Below are positions 19,373 to 28,033 of a stretch of 64,000 nt of DNA, piece after piece (positions within the stretch are counted from its first letter, which is position 1; each line of letters opens with the position of its first letter). The notes under the pieces are model-generated. The model was given only the letters and a program-made list of their open reading frames with translations, was not told the origin of the DNA and did no database searches. The DNA comes from Rhodothermales bacterium (GTDB lineage: Bacteria; Bacteroidota; Rhodothermia; Rhodothermales; Bin80). Location of the stretch: contig OZ241874.1 in the NCBI GenBank assembly GCA_965203305.1, forward strand, positions 1,640,904 to 1,704,903. The letters run 5' to 3'. A program made the translations under genes and the position numbers.

Positions 19373-22258
19373 ATGCGGTGTTGTCTGTTCCTGTCTCTTT
19401 CTCTGGTTTTTCAGATTCCAGTGCTGACTGCTCAGGTAGCGGAGATGTCTTCTCTCGTGCCCCCAACACCTGGAGCGGAGCGGTTGAGCAGCTTTGATCA
19501 GCGTCTCCATGATTCACAGCATTCTCTCCTCTCCAACATAGAGCTGGTGAGTATTGGTCCGACCGTTATGAGCGGGCGGATCGTGGACATTGATGCCAAT
19601 CCAGAGGAGCCAGAACACATGTATGTGGCGTATGCATCCGGCGGCCTCTGGCGAAGCGAAACCAATGGGATTTCTTTCAAGCCTCTGTTTGACGGGGAGG
19701 CCTCTATGACTATCGGGGATATTGCTGTGGACTGGACACATGACGAGGTGATCTGGGTTGGTACAGGTGAAAACAACTCCAGCCGGTCCTCTTATGCCGG
19801 GACAGGCATGTATCGGTCCACAGACCGGGGAGAATCCTGGGAGCATATGGGGCTAGAGGATATGCACCGGACTGGCCGAATTGTTCTGCATCCCGCAGAT
19901 ACGCAAACCGTGTGGGTTGCCGCAGCTGGTGCACTCTACTCCGACAGTCCTCATCGGGGGATCTACAAGACCAGTGATGGTGGAAAAACCTGGACCCAAA
20001 CGCTCTTTATCTCGGATAAAGCGGGGATCATTGATCTGGTCATTGATCCCGTGAATCCTGATGTTCTGTATGCTGCAAGCTGGTATCGCGAGCGCCGGGC
20101 ATGGAATTTTGTGGAGGGCGGGAGCGAATCCAAGATATGGAAATCAACAGACGGAGGAGTCTCGTGGAAACAGCTTTCTGAAAATGGGCTTCCAAGTGGA
20201 GATACCGTCGGGCGTATCGGGCTGGCCATTTTCCCGGACAACCCCGGTATCCTCTACGCTCTTGTTGACAATCAGGATCGCAGAGCCCCGGAAGATGAAG
20301 AAGATAGTCCCGCTCTGACACGAGATGCACTCCGATCCATGAGCAGGTCCGAATTTCTGCAACTGGAGGATGAGGCAATTGCAGAGTATCTGGCAGAGAA
20401 CAACTTTGAAGAGAAGTACAGCGCAGAAGTGATTCGAGGCATGGTGGAGGAGGGAACGATTGAGCCAGTGCATCTGGTCTGGTATGTTGAGGATGCGAAT
20501 CGGGAACTGTTTGATACGCCCGTGATCGGTGCCGAGGTGTATCGTTCCGATGACGGGGGCGCATCCTGGCAGCGGACGCATGAGAATTATCTGGACCGGG
20601 TCTACAATTCGTATGGATACTACTTCGGGGAAATTCGTGTAGACTCCCGCAATTCTGACCGAATCTATATTTTGGGTGTTCCTCTTCTAACCTCGGGAGA
20701 TGGTGGAGCATCCTGGGAATCCATCGGTGGCCCGAGCGTGCATGTGGATCATCAGGCTCTCTGGATCAATCCCTCTCGTTCCGGGCATCTGATCAGCGGA
20801 AATGATGGAGGGCTGAACATCACCTATGACAATGGAAAATCATGGTTTAAGGGGAATACACCTTCAGTAGGGCAGTTCTATGCCATCGGTGTAGATGATC
20901 AAACGCCGTATCATGTTTATGGGGGACTGCAGGATAACGGGGTCTGGGGCGGCCCGCATACGTATGCAGAATCAGTCGGCTGGCATGCCTATGGCAAGTA
21001 TCCGTACACTTCCTATCTGGGGGGTGATGGCATGCAGGTTGAGGTGGATACCCGTACAAATGACATCATCTATACGGGTTCACAGTTTGGTGCATACCGG
21101 CGCATAGAGACAGCCACAGGATCTCGCAAATCAATCCGTCCCCGGCATAAACTGGGAGAGCGGCCTCTTCGGTACAACTGGCAGACTCCCATTCATCTGT
21201 CCCGACACAATCAGGATGTACTGTATTATGGCTCGAACAAACTTCATCGCTCCTTTAATCGCGGAGACGACTGGGAAACTCTCTCCGGTGATCTGACCCG
21301 TGGCGGCCGTCGTGGAGATGTGCCATATGGTACATTAACGAGTATTGATGAGTCTCCTCTGCGATTCGGACTGGTGTATACAGGTTCGGATGACGGGCTC
21401 GTTCATGTGTCACGGGATGGGGGATATGTTTGGGAGAACATTACAGGGGACGATTGGGGAGAGCTCTGGGTAAGCCGTGTGGAGGCATCCAGTCATGAAC
21501 TTGGCCGGGTATACGTAACACTCAATGGATACAGGTGGGATCATTTTGCTCCGTATGTCTATCGGTCGGACGATTTTGGGCAGACATGGGAAGCTCTGCA
21601 TGCTGGCTTGCCCATGGAGCCTGTCAACGTAATCCTGGAAGATCCGGTAAATGCGTCGGTACTTTATGTGGGGACTGATCACGGTTTGTATGTGTCCCTG
21701 GACGGGGGAGAGTCTTTTATGGCGATGCAGAATGGAATGCCTCATGTGCCGGTTCATGACCTCAAACTGCAACATCGGAGGAAACACCTGCTCATTGGCA
21801 CACATGGCCGCTCCATTTATCGTGCGGATATTGCCCTGATTCAGTCCTTGACCCCTGAGGTGACGCAGAGTCCGCTGAAGGTATTTGCGCTGGATACACA
21901 GGAGTACAGTGCAAACTGGGGCAGCCGTTCTGTCTGGTGGGGGGAGTATGCCATTCCCAAATTGCTGATTCCGTACTGGGCCGGGACAAAGTCACAGGCA
22001 ACGATAGAAGTCCGAGATGGAGATGGTGCAGTTCTGCGTACACTGAATGACGATGCAGAGCGGGGGCTGAATTTCTTCACGTATGACTTGTCCGCAGATG
22101 AGGAAGCGGCTGCTCTGTTACCTGCACAGGACGATTCGCCGCTGGAGCCAGGCGAGAATGGAGAATACTATTTGCCTCCCGGCGAATATCAGATTCTGTT
22201 CCGACTCGGAAGTACAGAAGAAACGGTGACACTCCAGATCAGTCCGCCGCAGGATTAG
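19373..22258 (+). CDS. BNR/Asp-box repeat (sortilin/VPS10-like) secreted protein
   Basis: About ten SxDxGxTW-type Asp-box motifs (STDRGESW, TSDGGKTW, STDGGVSW, SDDGGASW, SGDGGASW, SRDGGYVW, SDDFGQTW and others). Signal peptide from MRCCLFLSLSLVFQIPVLTAQ. Confidence 0.8.
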   Translation: MRCCLFLSLSLVFQIPVLTAQVAEMSSLVPPTPGAERLSSFDQRLHDSQHSLLSNIELVSIGPTVMSGRIVDIDANPEEPEHMYVAYASGGLWRSETNGISFKPLFDGEASMTIGDIAVDWTHDEVIWVGTGENNSSRSSYAGTGMYRSTDRGESWEHMGLEDMHRTGRIVLHPADTQTVWVAAAGALYSDSPHRGIYKTSDGGKTWTQTLFISDKAGIIDLVIDPVNPDVLYAASWYRERRAWNFVEGGSESKIWKSTDGGVSWKQLSENGLPSGDTVGRIGLAIFPDNPGILYALVDNQDRRAPEDEEDSPALTRDALRSMSRSEFLQLEDEAIAEYLAENNFEEKYSAEVIRGMVEEGTIEPVHLVWYVEDANRELFDTPVIGAEVYRSDDGGASWQRTHENYLDRVYNSYGYYFGEIRVDSRNSDRIYILGVPLLTSGDGGASWESIGGPSVHVDHQALWINPSRSGHLISGNDGGLNITYDNGKSWFKGNTPSVGQFYAIGVDDQTPYHVYGGLQDNGVWGGPHTYAESVGWHAYGKYPYTSYLGGDGMQVEVDTRTNDIIYTGSQFGAYRRIETATGSRKSIRPRHKLGERPLRYNWQTPIHLSRHNQDVLYYGSNKLHRSFNRGDDWETLSGDLTRGGRRGDVPYGTLTSIDESPLRFGLVYTGSDDGLVHVSRDGGYVWENITGDDWGELWVSRVEASSHELGRVYVTLNGYRWDHFAPYVYRSDDFGQTWEALHAGLPMEPVNVILEDPVNASVLYVGTDHGLYVSLDGGESFMAMQNGMPHVPVHDLKLQHRRKHLLIGTHGRSIYRADIALIQSLTPEVTQSPLKVFALDTQEYSANWGSRSVWWGEYAIPKLLIPYWAGTKSQATIEVRDGDGAVLRTLNDDAERGLNFFTYDLSADEEAAALLPAQDDSPLEPGENGEYYLPPGEYQILFRLGSTEETVTLQISPPQD

Positions 22259-23456
22259 CGGAAGAGACCAGTTGAGATTTCAGCTGGTTGACGATCTGGT
22301 TGAACTGTGGCATAAACTCTTCGGGGAGCGGCTCTGACGGCGGCATCTCTACCTTCATGGCATCCACCTGTCGCCCATTTTTCCAGAAGCGATAACAGAC
22401 ATGGGGGCCTGTGGCGAATCCTGTACTGCCCACATAGCCAATCCGCTGGCCCTGGTTCACTCGGACACCCGGACGAATCCCATTCTCAATTCGAGACATA
22501 TGGAGGTACCCGGTCGTATAGACATCATTATGTCGAATTTTGACATAATTTCCATTTCCCCGTGTGTAGGAAGCAGCGATCACGGAGCCGTCGGCGGTCG
22601 CAAAGATGGGGGTTCCCCTGGCAGCGGCGAAATCGGTACCCAAATGAGGTTTATACCGTTTTTGTACTGGGTGAAACCGGCGGAGACTGTACCGGGAGGA
22701 GATACGCCTGTAGTTGATGGGTGCCCGCAGAAACGGCCGTCTCAGTGAATGTCCACTCTCATCATAAAAGCCACCGATACTGTCTGACGGAAAAAAGAAT
22801 GCAAAAAAATCTTTCCCGTCATGGTTCATCCGTGCTCCTCTGATATCCACAGAGATGGAGTGTCCATTTACAATCTTCTCTTCAAACTGGAGTGAAAAAT
22901 TGTCCTCTGGCTGCAGGTGAAAAAAGCTGATTTGCCAGGCGAAGATATCGCTAAGTTTTGTGGTTAATTCAGGATTAAGTCCAGCATCTTCCACCGCCTG
23001 TGAAAGAGATGTTTTTACGGTTCCTGATCCGGTCCGTGTTACTGTGGACACGGGAAAGAAATCCTCATGTACCAGTACCGAATCTCGCAGATCAAAGACC
23101 AGGAAGCGTTCCACGCTGGGCTGATACACAATGAAAGAAGTTGTTCCTTCTGCGGGGTCAGTATAGGCGTACAGAGGATCCCCTTTTCGAATTTTCCGCA
23201 GGTCTATGTACGATGATGCCTTTTCGGAAGCCATGCGAATGACATCCGGGGATATTCCCTGGTCATGCATGATGGATCCAAGGGTTTCGCCTCCCTGGAC
23301 ACGGGTCGCGTGTTCAGCAAGTCCGGTCAGGGGAAGCTGAAATTGATTTCGTTCCACCTCGGCTGCTTTTGGGGATCGCGGATCACCCTCTGGGCTGGTC
23401 GGAAACAGGAATGCAGCTAGCATGCACAGACATGCATAGAAGTAGCATTTTCTCAT
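22239..23456 (-). CDS. M23 family metallopeptidase
   Basis: HLGTDFAAARGTPIFATADGSVI and the GYLHMSRI...GYVGSTGFATGPHVCY motifs of M23 (LytM) peptidases. Confidence 0.85.
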   Translation of the reverse strand: MRKCYFYACLCMLAAFLFPTSPEGDPRSPKAAEVERNQFQLPLTGLAEHATRVQGGETLGSIMHDQGISPDVIRMASEKASSYIDLRKIRKGDPLYAYTDPAEGTTSFIVYQPSVERFLVFDLRDSVLVHEDFFPVSTVTRTGSGTVKTSLSQAVEDAGLNPELTTKLSDIFAWQISFFHLQPEDNFSLQFEEKIVNGHSISVDIRGARMNHDGKDFFAFFFPSDSIGGFYDESGHSLRRPFLRAPINYRRISSRYSLRRFHPVQKRYKPHLGTDFAAARGTPIFATADGSVIAASYTRGNGNYVKIRHNDVYTTGYLHMSRIENGIRPGVRVNQGQRIGYVGSTGFATGPHVCYRFWKNGRQVDAMKVEMPPSEPLPEEFMPQFNQIVNQLKSQLVSSANPAAD

Positions 23457-23501
23457 ATTACCTCATGTTTTCTTGTGGATTTTGTTGGAAAGGTGAGTGC
23501 T

Positions 23502-24044
23502 TTACTGCTCCCACCTTACGTCCGAAACTCCTGAATCGTGATTTGCTCGCCTGGCTAGTATAAAAAGTAAATCGGACAATCGGTTGAGGTAGTGCAAAAT
23601 GTATGATTCTGAGGATATGGCTTCCAGGTTTTCAGCCACATAGCGTTCCGCGCGCCGGCATATTCCACGTGCCAGGTGCAGCATGGATGCCGCCTGTGTA
23701 CCGCCCGGCAGGATGAAGTACTGGAGGGGGGGCAGCTTGCCTTCCCAGTTATCAATTTCCTTCTCCAGAGCCAGGACATGTTCTTCTTCAATGCGCGGAA
23801 CGGCAGTCTTTGCATCAGGGGGGGTAGCGAGATCTGCACCAAGGATAAACAATTCATGCTGCAGACGCAGGATCGTTGAGCGCATGGCTGACTCAGCGGG
23901 TAACGCCGCAAGCGCAGCCCCCAGAGCAGCATTGGTTTCATCCACCCCTCCCATGGCCTGCACGCGAGGATGGAATTTGGGCACGCGGCCTGCTCCATAG
24001 AGCCCCGTAGTTCCGTCATCCCCTGTACGGGTATAGATCTTCAT
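23502..24044 (-). CDS. ATP:cob(I)alamin adenosyltransferase, PduO type
   Basis: MKIYTRTGDDGTTGLYGAGRVPK N-terminus and the LNRLSDLLFILAR C-terminal helix. Confidence 0.9.
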   Translation of the reverse strand: MKIYTRTGDDGTTGLYGAGRVPKFHPRVQAMGGVDETNAALGAALAALPAESAMRSTILRLQHELFILGADLATPPDAKTAVPRIEEEHVLALEKEIDNWEGKLPPLQYFILPGGTQAASMLHLARGICRRAERYVAENLEAISSESYILHYLNRLSDLLFILARRANHDSGVSDVRWEQ

Positions 24045-24605
24045 AAAGAGCAGGTGGGGTAGCGGAGTATGTTCCAGTCGGCAGGGCGGGGCATCTTCGA
24101 ATACTCTAGCCGCGGCCCTGCCTGAAAGTTAAGAAATCTTGGACAAGACACCAAATCGTTGCTATCTCTCCCTCACTTGCGGAATGGCATCAGCTGTTCA
24201 AGCTCAAGGCAAACAAGAGCAATTTATGGTGGGGCAGCGACATATCAGACATCTCCTCCAATTCCGAGAAGCCCCTTCCTGGCAAGAGCCATAGCAAATG
24301 CCCTGACTCAATCCAAAAGAAGCACATACATCTCTGAAATTTATTTTTCCATGATACGCATCCCGAAGGGAAAGCCAGACTAATTCTGTCCTTGCGGGAC
24401 CCGTCTGAAAATAAACTCCGCGGTAGCAAACAGTCCTTGACACTGATCAGGGGAACCGGAATTTTAGAAATGTCTAGAGTGCCCAATTTGCTATCCTTGC
24501 ACCATGCCATGAACCCTGGGAGGTGTGTAAAGTGTAGCAGTCAGGTGTTTTTGCAAGAGACCAGCCAGGATAAAACAGCAGTCCAGTTGCTGCTGAAATA
24601 GCGGC

Positions 24606-25211
24606 ATGATGAAGCGAGTGATCCTGTTTTCCATCCTTTTTACCGGATGCACTACCAGTACACAAACTCAGTGGAGGGTAGCGGATGCCTATGATCATCG
24701 GAATGAAAGTATGGGGAAACAAATTGCAAGTTCGGGATGGACGCATTCCGAGAATGGAACAGGAAAGAGTATGCGTCTAAGTGTGCAGTCCAGAAACGAT
24801 GCCCCCTGCACAAGCACAATATATTCTCGGGGTGGCCCCCCACCCGCAGATCCCGAGCTTGTACCGCAAGGAAAAGACAAGAAAGGATTTGTCCAAGACA
24901 ATATATTTTACACACCTGTACAGGTAAATGGGAACGAAAGGGAGGCCTATGGAGTGATATACGGGATGGCACCAAATACTTTGGTGCTAAAAATAGGTCA
25001 TCCTGATGATTTTTACGACTGGAAAATTACCTCTGAAAGCGAATTTGAAAGACTTTTTAATGATATTACATACAAATTCACGCGCCTACTGGTGGAGGCA
25101 GAGACATTCAAGATCACGCTCCCGACACGCGATTATGGAAATTTGATTTATAAGTTTGATATGACGGGATCACACGAAGCAATTCGGACGGTATGTTCCG
25201 ACATATTGTAA
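24606..25211 (+). CDS. Hypothetical lipoprotein; its last 74 codons are duplicated at 26593-26817
   Basis: Lipobox LFTGC after a hydrophobic N-terminus. An FCB-type -7-like box (TTTTTGCAAGAG) lies about 50 nt upstream. Confidence 0.6.
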   Translation: MMKRVILFSILFTGCTTSTQTQWRVADAYDHRNESMGKQIASSGWTHSENGTGKSMRLSVQSRNDAPCTSTIYSRGGPPPADPELVPQGKDKKGFVQDNIFYTPVQVNGNEREAYGVIYGMAPNTLVLKIGHPDDFYDWKITSESEFERLFNDITYKFTRLLVEAETFKITLPTRDYGNLIYKFDMTGSHEAIRTVCSDIL

Positions 25212-25254
25212 CACTTGCAACTCTTGTATTCGTCTTTTGCAGGAAGAAAACAAG
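24987..25254. repeat. 268-bp direct repeat, copy A1 (3' end of the lipoprotein gene plus 43 bp)
   Basis: By-eye alignment to 26593-26860 gives 6 mismatches in 268 nt. Confidence 0.9.
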
Positions 25255-25290
25255 GGAAGTTATAAAGGAAACTGTAACAAATACGGAAGA
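25252..25290 (+). repeat. Repeat copy IRc (GGGAAGTTATAAAGGAAACTGTAACAAATACGGAAGA)
   Basis: About 40 nt similar to 26446-26484 (direct orientation). Its first ~22 nt are the reverse complement of 26571-26592. Confidence 0.85.
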
Positions 25291-25469
25291 ACCATGAATA
25301 TCAGCGTCCGAACGAATTTACTGAATATGATTCGATTGGATTGATTCACGAGGGACTTCTTGCGGAATCCAGTGCTCGGGATACATCCACTGGATATATC
25401 TAGCTTGGTCATTCCGTTGCAGGAAGCATTCCCTTACCAGAAACTGGAAGGTTTGCACTTGGCAGTGAA

Positions 25470-25721
25470 TTGACTTGGTATGCACTTGATCCCGATACAG
25501 ATATGATTGTAGACAGCATCCAGTTTGATTTTCCATTTACGTTTGGAGAGCAAAAGACGCGTTCCATCGGATTTTCCCTTGCCCGGAGAGGGCATGTCTA
25601 TCTGGTACGTATGAGGTTCTTGCAAAAATACCTCTATTCCCGACCTAATGTGCCTTCAAGCACCCTCAGGGAGATAGCTCTCCGTCATCTGAAATTTTCG
25701 AAAGAGGCTCGTATTAACTGA
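25470..25721 (+). CDS. Hypothetical small protein
   Basis: Open frame whose TGA overlaps the ATG of the next ORF (TGATG), which suggests coupling. Only TTG 25470 or ATG 25503 are available as starts. No recognisable domain. Confidence 0.3.
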   Translation: MTWYALDPDTDMIVDSIQFDFPFTFGEQKTRSIGFSLARRGHVYLVRMRFLQKYLYSRPNVPSSTLREIALRHLKFSKEARIN

Positions 25722-26062
25722 TGAGACCAACTTTTTTCATGGAAAGCGAGAATAAATCTGCTGTCATTCAGGCCGAATTAGAAGGAGAGAAATTTCCTGT
25801 TACTGCATGGTATTTTATCGGATTTTTCCTTGGCATCATCGGAATACTGATCGTATACTTGCGCTCCCCCAAAGTACCTGTGAGGCTACTGGTTGAATAT
25901 GATGGAGAAGACCGTTATTTTTTCGAAAAGGCCTATGTTGATGTCCTGAACAGGAGACAAGTTAAGGCTACCTGGATAGGGCTAGCCATAGGCTTTATTC
26001 TCTGGATTGGCTTATATCTCCTCTTCATGATATTCACATTTTTGGCTCTTCATTACTTTTAG
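25721..26062 (+). CDS. Hypothetical two-helix membrane protein
   Basis: Two clear hydrophobic helices (VTAWYFIGFFLGIIGILIVYL and WIGLAIGFILWIGLYLLFMIFTFLAL). Confidence 0.5.
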   Translation: MRPTFFMESENKSAVIQAELEGEKFPVTAWYFIGFFLGIIGILIVYLRSPKVPVRLLVEYDGEDRYFFEKAYVDVLNRRQVKATWIGLAIGFILWIGLYLLFMIFTFLALHYF

Positions 26063-26559
26063 TGGAGGGGGTTGTTTTTGGACACTTCAAGGATTGGCTG
26101 GTGTGTATCCAGAATCGTTCCGCTTTGCGAATCAATGATCAGAATGAGCGGAGTTGTCACTTTGTCCATATAGGACGAAGAAGGGATATTTCTTTTAGAG
26201 AGGGGAAACTGGATGTCGTGCATTGATATAAATTCCTCAAAAAGATCAGACTGTTCCGATACATAATAACCCTCTACGGAGTTGATCCAGCCAGGCCTGT
26301 GACGGTGAAAGTAGTTAAGCCGTACAATGTCTGACTTCAACCCATTAGAAAAGTTATTGGGACCAACCAGAGCAATGAGCGAAATGCCTTTTTGAGCTTC
26401 CAAATGCGCACCCTCTTGGTTAACAAACAAATATGCTGGTAATTTTAGGGAGTTATAAAGAAAACTGTAATAAATACGGAACAGCGCATCTGGTTCGGGG
26501 TTTCCAAGTGCTTCCAGCAACACCGGAGAAATAGATGCCAGAAAGGAGTCCGGCCGCAT
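26059..26559 (-). CDS. Hypothetical 166-aa protein; codons 31-39 are encoded by inverted repeat IRa
   Basis: Clean ORF with an ATG start. No recognisable domain. Confidence 0.55.
   Translation of the reverse strand: MRPDSFLASISPVLLEALGNPEPDALFRIYYSFLYNSLKLPAYLFVNQEGAHLEAQKGISLIALVGPNNFSNGLKSDIVRLNYFHRHRPGWINSVEGYYVSEQSDLFEEFISMHDIQFPLSKRNIPSSSYMDKVTTPLILIIDSQSGTILDTHQPILEVSKNNPLH
26443..26469. repeat. Inverted repeat IRa (TTTTAGGGAGTTATAAAGAAAACTGTA)
   Basis: 26 of 27 nt identical to the reverse complement of 26572-26598. Confidence 0.9.
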
Positions 26560-26571
26560 GAATTCTCGCGG

Positions 26572-26598
26572 TACAGTTTCCTTTATAACTCCCTAAAA
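26572..26598. repeat. Inverted repeat IRb (TACAGTTTCCTTTATAACTCCCTAAAA)
   Basis: Partner of IRa. A 102-bp spacer (26470-26571) between them carries the ATG and the first 30 codons of gene 26059..26559. Confidence 0.9.
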
Positions 26599-26860
26599 AT
26601 AGGTCATCCTGATGATTTTTACGACTGGAAAATTACCTCTGAAAGCGAATTTGAAAGACTTTTTAATGATATTACATACAAATTCACGCGCCTACTGGTG
26701 GAGGCAGAGACATTCAAGATCACGCTCCCGACACGCGATTATGGAAATTTGATTTATGAGTTTGATATGACGGGATCACACGAAGCAATTCGGACGGTAT
26801 GTCCCGACATATTGTAACACTTGCAACTCTCGTATTTATCTTTTGCAGAAAGAAAACAAG
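26593..26860. repeat. 268-bp direct repeat, copy A2 (start-less cassette; open frame 26593-26817 on + strand)
   Basis: Duplicate of 24987-25254. It encodes LKIGHPDDFYDWKITSES...CPDIL* with no start codon of its own. Confidence 0.9.
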
Positions 26861-27101
26861 CGATAATATTTTTGACGGAATCGCTCAATTCTGTGTGAAA
26901 AAATTTGATGTTCCAATCCGAAAATCCAATACCGAATAAGTACACAAGAGGGAAAATTAATCCGCAATGTTTGAGGCTGATTCTGTTCAGAAGGGAGTCG
27001 TAAGTGGGGGAGAAGTCCTCTTTCCGCAAGCACTGCACAACGAGTGTTCTAACAGGATGTCCAGTATAGCCGGACGGTACTTTACATGACTTTCTGGAAT
27101 C

Positions 27102-27578
27102 ATGGCAAAATCAATCCCAAATGCAGTCAATGTTGCATCTCAGATTCTCTGGATTGCAAATCAGATTGGCAGGCGTTTGACTCCAATGCAGGTACTTAAG
27201 CTGTCCTACATCAGTCACGGATGGACGCTTGGTTTATGTGAAAAGCCTCTGTTCAGCGATGATGCAGAGGCATGGAAATATGGACCAGTGGTCCCCAAGG
27301 TTTACCACAAGTACAAACGGTTCGGGTATTCACAGGTTTTGGTAAGGTTCAAAGATCGGCGAGATCTGTTTGATGAAAAGCCTTATGCTATAATTAATCG
27401 AGTCATGGATGAGTACGGGATGTATGACGGCCTATATCTGTCTGCACTAACACACCGACCAGACAGCCCATGGGATATGACAATCAAGAAATATGGTGAA
27501 AACGCTATTATTCCAAATGAAATGATCATGAACTATTATCAGTCATTCTCGAAGCAAAATGACCGATGCCATGAGTAA
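27102..27578 (+). CDS. Panacea-domain (DUF4065, SocA/GepA-like) putative antitoxin
   Basis: MQVLKLSYISHGWTLGLCEKPLFSDDAEAWKYGPVVPKVYHKYKRFG matches the conserved DUF4065 core (KLxY..hgW.l...g.pLf.d..eAWkyGPVvp.vY). Confidence 0.8.
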   Translation: MAKSIPNAVNVASQILWIANQIGRRLTPMQVLKLSYISHGWTLGLCEKPLFSDDAEAWKYGPVVPKVYHKYKRFGYSQVLVRFKDRRDLFDEKPYAIINRVMDEYGMYDGLYLSALTHRPDSPWDMTIKKYGENAIIPNEMIMNYYQSFSKQNDRCHE

Positions 27579-27705
27579 ACTCATGTAAATCGGTCAAGAC
27601 AAGGGAGTAGAGAAGCCAGACGAGTGAAACACAGAGGCAGAGCGAAGGCGTTTATTTGAGGGAAAAGAGGGCAGTCACAAGAGAAGTCAGCAGGTTCGCC
27701 AAAAC

Positions 27706-27885
27706 ATGCACTGGGTATCACTGACAGGACTTTGGGCTGCTTCCGTACTGTACCTGGGGTTTGTTGCCGTATGGGCATGGCATATACTGACTCCAGAGTC
27801 TCGTCAATTTCTGACCGAGGATCGTCTTGACACCATCCAGACAGCACTGCTCAGTATTGTTGGTTCGTCATTTTTAACGGGATAG
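27706..27885 (+). CDS. 58-aa predicted membrane peptide (below the ORF-track cutoff)
   Basis: Hand translation: MHWVSLTGLWAASVLYLGFVAVWAWHILTPESRQFLTEDRLDTIQTALLSIVGSSFLTG*. It has one strong TM helix, is co-directional with the Panacea gene and lies 128 nt downstream of it. Confidence 0.35.
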   Translation: MHWVSLTGLWAASVLYLGFVAVWAWHILTPESRQFLTEDRLDTIQTALLSIVGSSFLTG

Positions 27886-28033
27886 GCCAAGAACTGGTTT
27901 GATAGACACATTGGATAGCTCATATCCTTCCCTTGTCCTAACTTTGCATGGGGTAGGTGAAGTTGCCGAAGGAGCAAATCTGAAGGCGGTAGAATGCCCG
28001 GAAATCTCTTCTCACCACCTCTGATGTGTCCGG

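Noticed and set aside
24045-24605. Cobalamin riboswitch or other ncRNA in the 561-bp gap upstream of the PduO adenosyltransferase
   Set aside because: I found no B12-box-like core (GCCACTG) on either strand and no other recognisable riboswitch signature, only generic hairpins. A covariance-model scan would be needed to exclude it fully.
26754-27038. 94-aa minus-strand ORF divergent from the Panacea gene
   Set aside because: Its C-terminal third is simply the antisense of duplicated cassette A2, and the same open antisense stretch exists in A1. The Cys-rich sequence has no motif. I did not call it, although the hydrophobic N-terminal part means it cannot be fully excluded as a small membrane protein.
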